Assembly (NCBI GenBank): GCA_050732875.1
Contig: JBOHRQ010000008.1
Coordinates: 1,384-65,383, forward strand
DNA: 64,000 bases
Direction of reading: 5' to 3'
Source of the DNA: Gemmatimonadota bacterium
GTDB lineage: Bacteria; Gemmatimonadota; Gemmatimonadetes; JACCXV01; JAHWKZ01
This document shows positions 54,112 through 64,000 of the stretch, in pieces. The notes below the pieces were generated by a model. That model saw nothing but the letters and a program-made list of their open reading frames with translations, was not told where the DNA came from and searched no databases. Position numbers and translations under genes: made by a program. Position 1 is the first letter of the stretch, and every line of letters begins with the position of its first letter.

Positions 54112-55163
54112 GCCCGCACTCCTTTCGATGCGATGGCTTGCGATGGGATGTGCTTCGATGCCGCTGACGGCTCGGCTCCCGTCAGTCGATTCTGGATCTC
54201 CGCGACCTCGGTCCGACTGCCGATGACTAGCGGGGTCCGCTGGTGGAGCTCCTCGGGAACGATGTCGAGAATCGGGCGCCTTCCGTCGGTCGCCGCCCCG
54301 CCCGCGGCCCGGGCCAGAAAGGCCAACGGCGCGGCTTCGTAGAGAAGACGCAGCTTGCCGTTCGGATTATTCGCGTCTCCGGGATAGAAGAACACGCCGC
54401 CACGAAGCAGGATGCGGTGAAAGTCGGCCACCAGCGCGCCGATGTAGCGCAGGGAATAGCTCCGTCCGTCGCCGCCCTGGCTGTGGTCGTCGATGAACGA
54501 GCGAAAGCCCGGGTCCCAAGCGTTCAGACGAGCCAGGTTGGCCGAGAATTCCTTCCCCCGCTCGGGCATCCGGATGTTCGGATGCGAGAGGAAGAACTCG
54601 CCCACGGCGGTGTCGAGCGTGAACCCGTGGACGCTGCCGCCGACCGCGTAGACGAGCATGCACTGGGGGCCATACAGCACGTAACCGGCCGCAACCTGCT
54701 CGGTGCCCGCGCGGAAGACCTCGCGCGGCGTGGCGTGGTCGGGCCCCTCCACCCTGCGCCGCAGCGAGAAGATCGTACCCACCGCCCCGTCCACGTCGAG
54801 ATTGGACGAGCCGTCCATCGGATCGTAGCAGAGCACGTACTCGGACCGCTCGCAGTCGTCTTCCAGGTGCGCGACGTCCTCCATCTCCTCGCTGATCAGC
54901 GAGCAGATCAACCCGAGGCCCGAGAAGTGCTTCTCGAGGACCCGGTTGGCGAACCAGTCGAGCTTGTGGACAGCCTCGCCCTGGACGTTCACGCCGCCCT
55001 GCATCCCGGCCAGCGGGCCCAGCCCCACTTGCGCGAGCTGGGCGCGGATCTCCTTGCAGGCGGCGGCGATCCCGGCGATGATTGATGCCACGGCGCCGCC
55101 ACCGGGGGTGTGCTCCTCCATTTCGTGCAGGAGATGCTGGGTCAGGGTCAAGCGACGATCCAT
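54108..55163 (-). CDS. fbp: class I fructose-1,6-bisphosphatase
   Basis: ATGA overlap with fbaB. 'YDPMDGSSNLDVDGAVGTIFS' and 'GKLRLLYEAAPLAFL' are FBPase class 1 signatures. Confidence 0.9.
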   Translation of the reverse strand: MDRRLTLTQHLLHEMEEHTPGGGAVASIIAGIAAACKEIRAQLAQVGLGPLAGMQGGVNVQGEAVHKLDWFANRVLEKHFSGLGLICSLISEEMEDVAHLEDDCERSEYVLCYDPMDGSSNLDVDGAVGTIFSLRRRVEGPDHATPREVFRAGTEQVAAGYVLYGPQCMLVYAVGGSVHGFTLDTAVGEFFLSHPNIRMPERGKEFSANLARLNAWDPGFRSFIDDHSQGGDGRSYSLRYIGALVADFHRILLRGGVFFYPGDANNPNGKLRLLYEAAPLAFLARAAGGAATDGRRPILDIVPEELHQRTPLVIGSRTEVAEIQNRLTGAEPSAASKHIPSQAIASKGVRA

Positions 55164-55335
55164 GACGGAAAGCTTAAGGTTGGGCCAATCCTCTTGCCAG
55201 CGGGGGTTGTGCCCGTGTCCGCCATTTGACAGGGGAGATCCATCCGGCGTGATATGATTTCTCCGTGAGAAGTGGCGGAATCGACCCCCTCAATGTGGCC
55301 GCCGGGCGCGCCTGCACGCGGTCGAGAGGCGGCTC

Positions 55336-56883
55336 ATGAAAAGGAGCCGTCACGCGGGCAGCCCATGGCAGGAGGTTCCGATGCCCGCGGCGGACCCCCT
55401 TCGCGAGGACATCCGGGTCGATGTGTGTATCGTCGGCGGGGGCATCGCCGGCATCAGCACCGCCCACCGGCTCGCCGGGGAGGGCAAATCGGTCGCGGTG
55501 CTCGATGCCGGACCTCTAGGCGGCGGGGAGACCGCACGGACAACTGCCCACCTGTCCAGCGCGATCGATGACCGTTTCTCCGAGATCGAACGGCTGCACG
55601 GATTGGAAGGAGCACGGATCTGCGCCGAAAGCCACGGGACGGCGATCGACGCCATCGAGCAGATCGTGTCGGACGGCAGGATCGATTGTGACTTCGAGCG
55701 CGTGGACGGTTATCTGCTCGATGGAGGAAGGGAAGCGACCGTTTCGATCCCGGAGGAGCTGGAGGCCGCTCGTCGCGCGGGACTGGAGGGTGTCGAGTTG
55801 CTGCCTCGCGCACCATTGGAGTCCTTCCCCCCTGGCCCCTGCCTTCGATTCAGCCGGCAGGGACAGTTCCATCCGCTGAAGTATCTGCACGCCCTGGCGC
55901 TGGCGATTGCGAGGAAAGGCGGGCGACTCCATAGCCAGACCCTGGTCGAGGAGGTGGAGGAGGACCAGCCTGCCAGAGTCATGACTGCCCGCGGCCCGGT
56001 CGTCACGGCAGACGACGTCGTGGTCGCCACCAACTCCCCCTTCATCGATCGTTTCGCTGTCCATACCAAGCAGGCCCCCTACCGGACGTACGCCCTGGCC
56101 GCGGAGCTTCCGCGTGGGGCAGTGCCGCATGGTCTCTACTGGGACACGCTCGATCCCTATCATTACGTCCGACTGGCGCCGTCAGGAAAGGAAGGGGAGG
56201 AGCTCCTGATCGTCGGAGGCGAGGACCGGAAGCCCGGCGACGATGAGGATCACGAAGGGCGGTTCGAGGCGCTGGAGCGATGGGCACGAGAGCGGTTTCC
56301 CCTGCCGGAAGGTGTCGCCTTCCGCTGGTCGGGGCAGGTCATGGAGCCTGTCGATGGCGTGGCGTTCATCGGGCGGAGTCCCGGTCGCCATTCGAACATC
56401 TACGTGGCGACCGGCGATTCCGGCATGGGGATGACGCATGGCACGATCGCCGCCCTTCTCCTCACCGATCTCATCCTGGGCCGGCCCAACCCCTGGTCCC
56501 GCCTTTACGATCCCTCGCGGATCACGCTGGGAGCCCTGGGCCGATTCCTGCGAGAGGGCGCCGGCGTGGTCGGCACGATGGCCGAGTGGTTCCGCGCCGG
56601 TGATGTCGAGTCGTCCGACCAGATCGCTCCCGGCTCGGGAGCCATCGTCCGCCGCGGGCTCAGGAAAGTCGCCGTTTACCGCGACCCGGAGGGGCGCCTC
56701 CACGAGCGTTCGGCCGCCTGCACCCATCTCGGGTGCGTGGTCGCCTGGAATCCCATCGCCGGCTCATGGGACTGTCCATGTCACGGGTCCCGGTTCGACC
56801 CGTACGGTCGCGTGCTGGCGGGCCCGGCCGTGGCCGAGCTGAAACCCGCGACCACCGGCGAGAACGAGGCGTCAGGATTATGA
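55336..56883 (+). CDS. FAD-dependent oxidoreductase fused to a C-terminal Rieske [2Fe-2S] domain
   Basis: 'VCIVGGGIAGISTA' is a Rossmann fold. Rieske 'CTHLGC' and 'CPCHGS'. An alternative start is ATG 55381. Confidence 0.8.
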   Translation: MKRSRHAGSPWQEVPMPAADPLREDIRVDVCIVGGGIAGISTAHRLAGEGKSVAVLDAGPLGGGETARTTAHLSSAIDDRFSEIERLHGLEGARICAESHGTAIDAIEQIVSDGRIDCDFERVDGYLLDGGREATVSIPEELEAARRAGLEGVELLPRAPLESFPPGPCLRFSRQGQFHPLKYLHALALAIARKGGRLHSQTLVEEVEEDQPARVMTARGPVVTADDVVVATNSPFIDRFAVHTKQAPYRTYALAAELPRGAVPHGLYWDTLDPYHYVRLAPSGKEGEELLIVGGEDRKPGDDEDHEGRFEALERWARERFPLPEGVAFRWSGQVMEPVDGVAFIGRSPGRHSNIYVATGDSGMGMTHGTIAALLLTDLILGRPNPWSRLYDPSRITLGALGRFLREGAGVVGTMAEWFRAGDVESSDQIAPGSGAIVRRGLRKVAVYRDPEGRLHERSAACTHLGCVVAWNPIAGSWDCPCHGSRFDPYGRVLAGPAVAELKPATTGENEASGL

Positions 56884-56890
56884 TATCCGT

Positions 56891-57523
56891 ATGCGCACTC
56901 TTCTGGAGTTCCACCGCTCCCCCAACTCCGTCAAGGTCCGGGTAGCCTTGGGCTACAAGGGTCTCGAGTACGAGATTCGGGAAATGATGGCCGCCGACCG
57001 CGCGCCCATGATCGAGGCGGCCGGCTGGCCGCTGGTGCCGATCCTCTTGGACGGAGACGTCGTAATGCGGGACTCGGCGGCGATCCTGCACTACCTGGAA
57101 GCCAACTACCGCGAAGCGCCCAGCCTGACGCCTGATTCGCGCGACGACATTCTCGCCGCCGAGTCGTTGCTCGGGCGGCTGGCTCCCGAGCTTCTTCGAA
57201 TCCAATGGAGCCTGAACGACGAGATCGGGAAGCCCGAGCCGGAGCGGGACCGCGAACGAATCGCGGAGGCGCGGTCGGCGATGGTGGGGGCGCTGGGGCG
57301 GCTCGAAAAGCGGCTAGCCATGCAGCCGTGGGTGGTCGGCGACGCGATGTCGATCTACGACATCATCCTGGCGTCCAACCTGCTCCCGACGAGACCGCCC
57401 CGCCGCTTCGTCGAGGCGAGCCCGGTCTGGCGGTTTTTCGCGGACCATTTCCGGCTGGCGGGAGAGCGTCCGGCCGTCGAGACGTGGATCGACCGGGTCG
57501 TCGCGCACGACGGCAAGCTGTAG
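56891..57523 (+). CDS. glutathione S-transferase family protein
   Basis: N-terminal thioredoxin-like 'LEFHRSPNSVKVRVALGYKGLEYE' and a C-terminal helical domain. Confidence 0.75.
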   Translation: MRTLLEFHRSPNSVKVRVALGYKGLEYEIREMMAADRAPMIEAAGWPLVPILLDGDVVMRDSAAILHYLEANYREAPSLTPDSRDDILAAESLLGRLAPELLRIQWSLNDEIGKPEPERDRERIAEARSAMVGALGRLEKRLAMQPWVVGDAMSIYDIILASNLLPTRPPRRFVEASPVWRFFADHFRLAGERPAVETWIDRVVAHDGKL

Positions 57524-57530
57524 CCAGAGG

Positions 57531-59027
57531 CTACCCCGCCCTTTGCGCGCGACCGATCGGTACGATATCCGAGTCGACCGAGAAGTCCTCGACCCGCAAC
57601 GGGATCGTGAACCAGAAGATGGCGCCCCGGCCGGGCTCGCTGTCCACGCCGATCTCCCCTCCGTGCGCGACCACCATCTCGCGCGCGATGGCGAGGCCGA
57701 GGCCGGCCCCCAGGGCCCGCGCCGAGGTCTGCCCCTGATAGAACTTTTCAAAGACGAGCGGGCGGTGCTCCGGGGAGATCCCCTCGCCGGTATCCCGCAC
57801 CTCTACCCGCAGGCCGCGGTGGTCCGAGGCGGCCGCCACCGTCACCCTCCCTTCGGCAGGGGTGAACTTGACCGCGTTGGATACCAGGTTTCCGAGGACC
57901 TCGTTACGCAGCCGCTCGACATCCCCCCAGACGACGGCCGGCGCCGACGGGGCGATCTCGATGGCCAGGTCGATCCCCCGTTGCCGGGCCAGGGTCTCGA
58001 ACGAGCGCACGACCCCTTCGAGCAGGTCGGGCACCGAGACCGCGTCCCGCTGGAGGTCGAGAGCGCCGGCTTCGTAGCGGCCCAGGTCCAGCAGCTGGTT
58101 GACGAGACGCGTCAGCACCGACACCTGATCGTTGATCGTCCGCAGGGAGCGCCGCTGCTCGTCGTTCAGCTCCCCGAACTGGCCTTCGTCCAGGATCTCG
58201 GCGTAGCCTCCGATCACGTTGAGCGGGTTCTTGAGCTCGTGGCTCGCCATGCTCACGAACTCGGCACGCAGCCGCTGGAGCTTGGCGAGCTCGGCGGTCA
58301 TCGAGCGGAACGAGCGGCTGGCGTCCCCGATCTCGTCGCGCCTCCGGTAGGGTAGCGTGTCGGGCACCGAGAAGTCTCCCGCGGCCACGTCTGCCATGGC
58401 GTCCCGGAGGTCGCGGATGGGACGGCTGACGACCCGGACCATCCAGAGTGCGAGCCCGACCGCGAAGCCCAGTGCGACGAGGGCGGTCGTGCCGAGGGTG
58501 GACTGCGCCGCGGCGATGTACCCTCCGGTCTCGGAAAGCGCGCGCGCGCTCTCGTGCTGGATCGCCCCGGAGACCTCCTCGAGCCGGCCGTCGGTCTCGT
58601 CGAAGGTCTTCTTGACGGACTGGAAATAGGCGGTGGCCCGGTCGCGGGCGCCCGCCTCCACCAGAGAGTCCACCCGCGCCGACACCCCGGCCAGCCCTTC
58701 CACGCTGGCGGCCAGGTCCGACCCCGGCTTCGCGTAGCCGGTTCTCTCGAGCGTCCCCAAGGCCTCCTCGGCCCGATGGAGCGAGAGCCACATCGACCGC
58801 CGGGACAGCGAGTCGCCGGCCACGATATAGGCGCGCTGGTGCCGATCCAGCTCGGCGAGGGCCGTCCGGGCCTTCCCGACGGCCGCCGCGGCACTGGCCT
58901 GGGGGCCCTCGAGCCGTTCCGCCACGTCGCGGATCTGGACCAGCCGGTTCAACCCGTAGAGGGCAGGATAGATGAGCAGCAGCCCCATCGCGGTCAGCGA
59001 GACGAGGAGGTGGGAGCGCAGGCTCAT
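57531..59027 (-). CDS. HAMP-domain sensor histidine kinase
   Basis: Two TMs, HAMP. H-box 'ASHELKNPLN'. N/G boxes 'LVSNAVKFT', 'DTGEGI', 'GLGLAIA'. Confidence 0.85.
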   Translation of the reverse strand: MSLRSHLLVSLTAMGLLLIYPALYGLNRLVQIRDVAERLEGPQASAAAAVGKARTALAELDRHQRAYIVAGDSLSRRSMWLSLHRAEEALGTLERTGYAKPGSDLAASVEGLAGVSARVDSLVEAGARDRATAYFQSVKKTFDETDGRLEEVSGAIQHESARALSETGGYIAAAQSTLGTTALVALGFAVGLALWMVRVVSRPIRDLRDAMADVAAGDFSVPDTLPYRRRDEIGDASRSFRSMTAELAKLQRLRAEFVSMASHELKNPLNVIGGYAEILDEGQFGELNDEQRRSLRTINDQVSVLTRLVNQLLDLGRYEAGALDLQRDAVSVPDLLEGVVRSFETLARQRGIDLAIEIAPSAPAVVWGDVERLRNEVLGNLVSNAVKFTPAEGRVTVAAASDHRGLRVEVRDTGEGISPEHRPLVFEKFYQGQTSARALGAGLGLAIAREMVVAHGGEIGVDSEPGRGAIFWFTIPLRVEDFSVDSDIVPIGRAQRAG

Positions 59028-59641
59028 GGCCGAAGCGTGGCGCGGATCCGATCGAGCTCCGCCTCGAGCTCGGCGATCCGGTTCTTGAGGCGTTGGCTCT
59101 CGTCGCCCGGGCGGGAGCCGGACCCCGGCCGCGAGTCGAGGGATCCGCCTCCCAGGCTCGGGGGTTCGCCGCCTCCCACGACGCTCCAGTCCGAGCGCTC
59201 GCAGGCCTCGGGCGCGCTCTCCCGGGACGCGATCTCTTCCAGGAGCGGATCGGCCGCTCCCGAAGCCGGCTCGCCTCCGAGACGAAGGGCCTGGAGATAG
59301 AGCTGCTCGGCCACCGGTCGAGTCCAGGGAAACGTTTCGGGCCGGGCCAGGTAGAGCGCGGCGTAGGTGGCACCGAGGTCGGGATCGCCGGCCGGATTCC
59401 GCGGATCCAGCTCCATGGCCGAGAGCAGCAGCAGCGCCTGGCGCCCCAGGCGGGCTTCCCCGCAGATCTGCCGGACCGAGACGAGCCGTTCGCGGGCGGC
59501 CTCGAACTCGGCCTGCCGGAGCGCGAGGGCCCCGGCGTCGAGCCCGGCGCCCGGGCTGTTCCGACCGCCGGCCGAGGCGCACGCCGAAAGGATCAGGAGC
59601 AGCGGCAGGGCCTGGAACGGCAGGAGGTGCCGGGGGCTCAC
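59024..59641 (-). CDS. lipoprotein, unknown function (coupled within the two-component operon)
   Basis: ATGA overlaps at both ends. Lipobox 'ILSACAS'. Confidence 0.5.
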   Translation of the reverse strand: MSPRHLLPFQALPLLLILSACASAGGRNSPGAGLDAGALALRQAEFEAARERLVSVRQICGEARLGRQALLLLSAMELDPRNPAGDPDLGATYAALYLARPETFPWTRPVAEQLYLQALRLGGEPASGAADPLLEEIASRESAPEACERSDWSVVGGGEPPSLGGGSLDSRPGSGSRPGDESQRLKNRIAELEAELDRIRATLRP

Positions 59642-60687
59642 TCCAGGCCCTCCAGGTAGACGTTCAGAAACGCCTTCACGACGGCCGGCTCGAACTTGTC
59701 CCCGGACTGCCGCTCGATCTCCTTCAGCGTGTCGAACACGGACCAGGCCTCTTTGTAAGAGCGGACGTGGGTCAGGCTGTCGAAGACGTCGGCCAGGCTG
59801 ACGATCCGCGCCTCGAGCGGGATCGACTCGCCGGAGGCGCCCGCCGGATAGCCGCCCCCGCCCCAGCGTTCGTGATGGAAGAGCGCGATGCCGGCGGCCA
59901 TGTCGAGCAGCTCGATGCGGCTGCCCGAGAGGATGCGGCCCCCGATGGTCGTGTGGACCTTCACCTGCTCGAACTCGTCCTCGCTGAGCGGCCCGGTCTT
60001 GCGGAGGAGGTCAGCGCTGATCCCGATCTTCCCTACGTCGTGGAGAGGCGCGGCCCGGCGCACCAGCTCGACCTCGCGGCGCGACATCCCCATCTGGCGG
60101 GCGATCCGGCTGCTCAGCTCCCCCACCCGGCGAGTGTGGGCGGCGGTCTCCGGATCGTGGTACTCGGCGGCGATCGCGAGACGCTCCAGGATCTGGACTC
60201 GGGCGTCTTCCAGCTCTTCGGTGCGGACCTCGACCATCTGCTCCAGGGCCTCGTTCTGACGGACGAGCGCCCGTTGCAGCAGATGGTGGTCGATGGCATT
60301 GGCTACGCGCATGCGCACTTCGTAAGGGCTCAGCGGCTTGGCGATGAAGTCGAACGCGCCGCTCGCCAGCGCCTGCTGCTTCGCCTGCCGGCTGTTGTCG
60401 GAGGTGAGGACGATGATGGCAGGGAAGTCCTGCGGCGCGAGCCCGGTGCGAAGCGTCTGGATCACCTCGAGGCCGTCTACGTGTGGCATGCGGAGATCGA
60501 GCAGGATCAGGTCGGGGGCCTGCTCCGTGCAGCGGGAGACGGCGGACCGCGGATCGGTGACCGCCTCGACGTTCCGGTAGCCTTCGGGCTCGAGGATGCG
60601 GGCGAGCAGCTCGACGTTCGGCCTGTCGTCGTCGACCACGAGGATGCGTGCGTCGGCTCGCTGGGTGTCCATCGGCAGAACCATCAT
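59638..60687 (-). CDS. response regulator with HD-GYP domain (c-di-GMP phosphodiesterase type)
   Basis: Receiver 'ILVVDDD...DLILLDLRMP' plus HD-GYP 'HHERWGGGGYP'. Start ambiguous among ATGs at 60687, 60684 and 60672. Confidence 0.8.
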   Translation of the reverse strand: MMVLPMDTQRADARILVVDDDRPNVELLARILEPEGYRNVEAVTDPRSAVSRCTEQAPDLILLDLRMPHVDGLEVIQTLRTGLAPQDFPAIIVLTSDNSRQAKQQALASGAFDFIAKPLSPYEVRMRVANAIDHHLLQRALVRQNEALEQMVEVRTEELEDARVQILERLAIAAEYHDPETAAHTRRVGELSSRIARQMGMSRREVELVRRAAPLHDVGKIGISADLLRKTGPLSEDEFEQVKVHTTIGGRILSGSRIELLDMAAGIALFHHERWGGGGYPAGASGESIPLEARIVSLADVFDSLTHVRSYKEAWSVFDTLKEIERQSGDKFEPAVVKAFLNVYLEGLE

Positions 60688-60824
60688 CCGGTCGAAGGCC
60701 GGGCCCGCCGTCAACGGGGGGATCCGTGCGGGCGTTTCTGGGCTGCCGGGACGCGGTTGGCGGGCCCCGGCGGGCATGGTCAGGGGCGGCACGAGGTTCG
60801 CATCGCCCCGCGTGTGGGGGAACC

Positions 60825-61853
60825 TCAGTCCGTCGTACGAAAGAATCGGGCCATGATGGCCCGTTGGGCGGCCCCGAGCAGGGCCGCCCGGGGCTCGAGG
60901 ATCACGTGGATCGGGACATCCGCCAGGAGCTCCCGCAGGCGGCCCTTGTCCCGGAACGCGGCCGCGAACGCGCCGTCCTGGAGGACCGGGAGGATCTCCG
61001 GCGCGATCCCGCCCCCCACGTAGACCCCGCCGAGGGCGAGGCAGGAGAGGGCCAGATTGCCGGCCGCGGCGCCATAGGCGACCACGAACCTGGCCAGCGC
61101 GGCTTCGCAGATCGGCGCCTCGCTCCTCAGGGCGGCCTCCGTGATCACGGGCCCCCCATCGTCGCTCGCCGCGAGCCGCTCGGCGAGCCAGCCGGGCTCC
61201 TTCTCGCGACCGGTGTCCCGCAGAAACTCGTAGATCGCCACGATCCCCGGTCCCGAAACCACGCGCTCCACGCTCACCCGGCCGTGGCGGGCGCGAAGAA
61301 ACGCGAGGAGCGCCCCCTCTTCGTCGTCCCGCGGCGCGAAGTCGACGTGGCCAAACTCGGTAGGGAGCGCCCGCGGCCAGCCGTCGACCTCGCTGAGGAT
61401 GGCTCCCCCGAGCCCCGTCCCGGCGGCGATCACCGCCCGGGTCGATCCGCGGACACGGCCGCGATGGACCGGGGAGAGCCGGTCCTCGGGAAGAGCGGAG
61501 AGACCGTAGGCGGTCGCCTCGAGGTCGTTGAGAAAAAGGATCTCGTCGATTCCCAGCTCGCGCTCGAGCGTATCCTCGTCGAGCCGCCAGGGCAGGTTGG
61601 TGAGAACCGAGCGCTCCCCCAGGACCGGCCCGGCGACGCCGAAGCAGGCCTGCTCGATCCTCCCGCCCGAGAGGTCGTCCTCGCGCTCCCCGAGGAACGA
61701 CCTGACCGCCGCCGCCAGGCCGTCGAAGTCGTCGCTTTCGTAGCGCTTCTCGGCGATCACCTCCACACCTTCCCCGCGCGTCCTGGCGAGCCCCAGGTTG
61801 AGCTTGGTGCCGCCCACGTCGCCTGCCAGGACGAGCGACCGGGGGGCGCTCAC
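60825..61853 (-). CDS. glk: glucokinase
   Basis: GTGA overlap with pgl. 'LAGDVGGTK' ATP-binding motif. C-terminal 'GGVYVGGGIAP'. Confidence 0.8.
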   Translation of the reverse strand: MSAPRSLVLAGDVGGTKLNLGLARTRGEGVEVIAEKRYESDDFDGLAAAVRSFLGEREDDLSGGRIEQACFGVAGPVLGERSVLTNLPWRLDEDTLERELGIDEILFLNDLEATAYGLSALPEDRLSPVHRGRVRGSTRAVIAAGTGLGGAILSEVDGWPRALPTEFGHVDFAPRDDEEGALLAFLRARHGRVSVERVVSGPGIVAIYEFLRDTGREKEPGWLAERLAASDDGGPVITEAALRSEAPICEAALARFVVAYGAAAGNLALSCLALGGVYVGGGIAPEILPVLQDGAFAAAFRDKGRLRELLADVPIHVILEPRAALLGAAQRAIMARFFRTTD

Positions 61854-62617
61854 CGGGCCAGGTCCGTCGCGGCCGGACGGTCCAGCAGCCAGACCGGAGG
61901 AGCGAGGGGAGGGTCGATCCGTTGCGCTGGGTAGCGCTCCGGATCGGCCGGTCGCTCGAGGACGGCCTTGACGGCCGCCGCCTTCCGGGCCCCGCTGACC
62001 ACGAAGAGGGTGGCGCGGCCCGCGTTCAGGGCCGGGGCGGTCAGCGAGAGCCGGTCCACGCGTGGTGGAGGATCGATGTCGTGCTCGACCGCGATCACCA
62101 GGCGGTCTTCGATCATCCCCTGGGGGTCGCCCGGAAACAGCGACGCCACGTGCGCATCGGGCCCCAGCCCCAGAAGGACCAGGTCGAAGCAGGGCGGCTC
62201 GCCCCGCGCGAGGTCCAGGACGCTCCGGATCCGGTGCTCGTAGCCGATCGCCGAGCGCTCGTGGTTGGGGTCTTCCCCGCGCATCCGATGGATTCGCTCG
62301 CAGGGGATCGGGACCCGATCGAGGAGCGCGGCGCTCGCCATCCCGAAGTTGCTGTCCGGGTCGTCCGGGGGGACGCAGCGCTCGTCGGTGAAGAAGACGT
62401 CGAGCGCGTCCCAGGCAATGTCCGAGCGCCAGGGCTTCCCGGCCAGGCACTCGTAGACCGGCTTCACCGTAGAGCCGCCGGTCAGGAGGAGGAGGAACCG
62501 GCCGCGCTCGGAGACGGCGCGCGCGCCTTCCCGGGCGATGCGTTCGGCGGTGGCTTCGTGGAGCGCCTGGGGGTCATCGAAGACCAGGGTGAGGGGCTCG
62601 GATTTCTGCTCCGTCAC
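61850..62617 (-). CDS. pgl: 6-phosphogluconolactonase
   Basis: GTGA overlap with zwf. 'LLLTGGST', 'WDALDVFFTDER', 'FDLVLLGLGPDAHVASLFPG'. Confidence 0.8.
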   Translation of the reverse strand: MTEQKSEPLTLVFDDPQALHEATAERIAREGARAVSERGRFLLLLTGGSTVKPVYECLAGKPWRSDIAWDALDVFFTDERCVPPDDPDSNFGMASAALLDRVPIPCERIHRMRGEDPNHERSAIGYEHRIRSVLDLARGEPPCFDLVLLGLGPDAHVASLFPGDPQGMIEDRLVIAVEHDIDPPPRVDRLSLTAPALNAGRATLFVVSGARKAAAVKAVLERPADPERYPAQRIDPPLAPPVWLLDRPAATDLAR

Positions 62618-64000
62618 TGTTGCGGACCGCCGTCGCCGGCGGCCGCCGCTGAGACCTCGGGCGGAACCGGCTCCGTCGGCGCGGCGCGGTCCGCCGCGGC
62701 GACGATGTCGCGCCAGGCGTGGCCGTTCCTTGCGGTCAGTCGCGCGGCGGCCTCGGGCCCCTGGCTCCCGGCGGCGTAGTTGGGGAGATCGGGGGGCTCC
62801 TGCTCGCTCCAGGCATCCAGGATCGGCGTGATCAGCCGCCACTGGGCCTCGGCCTCGTCGCCCCGCGTGAACAGCGTCGCATCGCCCTCCATGGCGTCCA
62901 GAAGGAGCGTACGATAGGCGTCCGGGAGCTCGACCCCGAAGGCCTCCTCGTAATCGAATTCGAGGCGCACCCGCGAGGTTCGCATCCCCTGGCCGGGCAC
63001 CTTGGCGCTGAAGGTGGCGTCGATGCCTTCGTCCGGCTTGAGACGGATCACCAGCACGTTGGGGGGGACGCGGTCGTCGGTGGACTGGAAGAGCGTGTGC
63101 GGCGTGGGTTTGAAGATGACCGCGATCTCGGTCAGGTCGCGCGCCAGCCGCTTGCCGGTCCGGACGTAGAAGGGCACGCCCGCCCAGCGCCAGTTCTCGA
63201 CCCGCAGCTCGACGGCGGCATACGTCTCGGTGATCGAGTCGTCCTCGATCCCCTCCTCCTGCCGGTAGCCCAGGACGTCCTCGCCGCCGACCTCGCCGGG
63301 TCCGTACTGGCCGCGCACCGTCCGGCGCTGGACCTGGGCCGGGGACAGGACCGGAATGGAGCGCAGGACCTGGACCTTTTCCTCGCGCACCGAATGCGCG
63401 TCGTAGGCGATGGGAGGCTCCATGGCGGTCAGCGTGACGAGCTGGAGCAGATGGTTGGCGATCATGTCACGCACGGCACCGGCGCCGTCGTAGAATCCAC
63501 CCCGATCGCCGACGCCGATCGTCTCCGCGGCGGTGATCTGGACGTGGTCGACGTAGTTCCGGTTCCAGATCGGCTCGAACATCGTATTCCCGAACCGGAA
63601 GGCGAGGATGTTCTGCACCGTCTCCTTGCCCAGGTAGTGGTCGATCCGGAACACCTGCCCCTCGCCGAAGAAGCGCGCGATCTCCGCGTTTAAGCGCTGC
63701 GCTGATTCCAGATCACGTCCGAACGGCTTCTCGATAACGATCCGCGTGAATCCCTTCCCCTCCTCGGTCAGGTTCACCGCGGCGAGCCCGCGGATGATCT
63801 CCGGCGCCAGGGAGGGCGGGACGGCGAAGTAGAAGAGGTGGTTCTCGGCGGCCGCCTCGCCGGCGCCGAGATCGTCCAGGCGGCCTGCCAGCTCCCGGTA
63901 GGCCTGGTCGTCCTTCAGGTCGGCGGCCATGTAGTGGAGGCCCTCGGCGAAGCGGTCCCAGAGCCCGGCGTCGAACTGGTGGACGTGCTCGCGAACCGCC
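62614..64000 (-). CDS. zwf: glucose-6-phosphate dehydrogenase, N-terminus beyond window end
   Basis: 'RIDHYLGKE' active site, 'DYEEAF' and the C-terminal domain. The frame runs open to position 64000. Confidence 0.9.
   Translation of the reverse strand, partial: AVREHVHQFDAGLWDRFAEGLHYMAADLKDDQAYRELAGRLDDLGAGEAAAENHLFYFAVPPSLAPEIIRGLAAVNLTEEGKGFTRIVIEKPFGRDLESAQRLNAEIARFFGEGQVFRIDHYLGKETVQNILAFRFGNTMFEPIWNRNYVDHVQITAAETIGVGDRGGFYDGAGAVRDMIANHLLQLVTLTAMEPPIAYDAHSVREEKVQVLRSIPVLSPAQVQRRTVRGQYGPGEVGGEDVLGYRQEEGIEDDSITETYAAVELRVENWRWAGVPFYVRTGKRLARDLTEIAVIFKPTPHTLFQSTDDRVPPNVLVIRLKPDEGIDATFSAKVPGQGMRTSRVRLEFDYEEAFGVELPDAYRTLLLDAMEGDATLFTRGDEAEAQWRLITPILDAWSEQEPPDLPNYAAGSQGPEAAARLTARNGHAWRDIVAAADRAAPTEPVPPEVSAAAAGDGGPQQ

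Overview
This is a 64 kb, roughly 70% GC bacterial chromosomal window. The genes are densely packed and often translationally coupled through ATGA or GTGA start/stop overlaps. Many lipoproteins carry an 'LAACGG' lipobox, and one large hypothetical has a GWxTD-like 'GWPTGW' motif, so the source is plausibly a Gemmatimonadota-like or other high-GC organism. The window contains the following, left to right.

- A 5'-truncated cupredoxin, a secreted protein with three bacterial SH3 domains (SH3b), and a DUF296 protein from the family conserved in plants and prokaryotes (PPC).
- lysA, a YVTN beta-propeller protein, and a PBP4-family D-Ala-D-Ala carboxypeptidase.
- A tiny lysine-rich histone H1-like gene, then pfkA.
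- An inositol monophosphatase.
- A putative copper module: a divergent ArsR-like regulator, a His/Met-rich periplasmic protein and a Tat-exported cupredoxin.
- An aldehyde dehydrogenase, a Mug glycosylase, and a TPP riboswitch controlling two tandem tenA paralogs.
- An M14 carboxypeptidase, a large hypothetical, a Nudix CoA pyrophosphatase and a methyltransferase.
- A heavy-metal island: cusCBA, then an inserted MntA/HepT toxin-antitoxin pair in which hepT looks frameshifted, then csoR-copA with a B. subtilis-like CsoR operator and downstream coupled small ORFs.
- A TadE/G-like protein.
- A PCYCGC-family lipoprotein gene with an in-frame TGA at the position of a conserved Cys, a candidate selenoprotein with a UxxC motif.
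- A Vgb-like lipoprotein, an M32-like peptidase, and an XRE regulator chained to a micropeptide and a DUF819 membrane protein.
- A TetR regulator, and a yefM-yoeB toxin-antitoxin pair with its operator next to a low-GC hypothetical gene.
- tolC-macA-macB, with no ATPase gene, flanked by paralogous secreted cupins.
- fbp-fbaB, a FAD/Rieske oxidoreductase, a glutathione S-transferase, a histidine kinase / HD-GYP response regulator operon, and glk-pgl-zwf, with zwf truncated at the window end.

Several regulator promoters appear to give leaderless mRNAs. No tRNA, rRNA or CRISPR array was seen.
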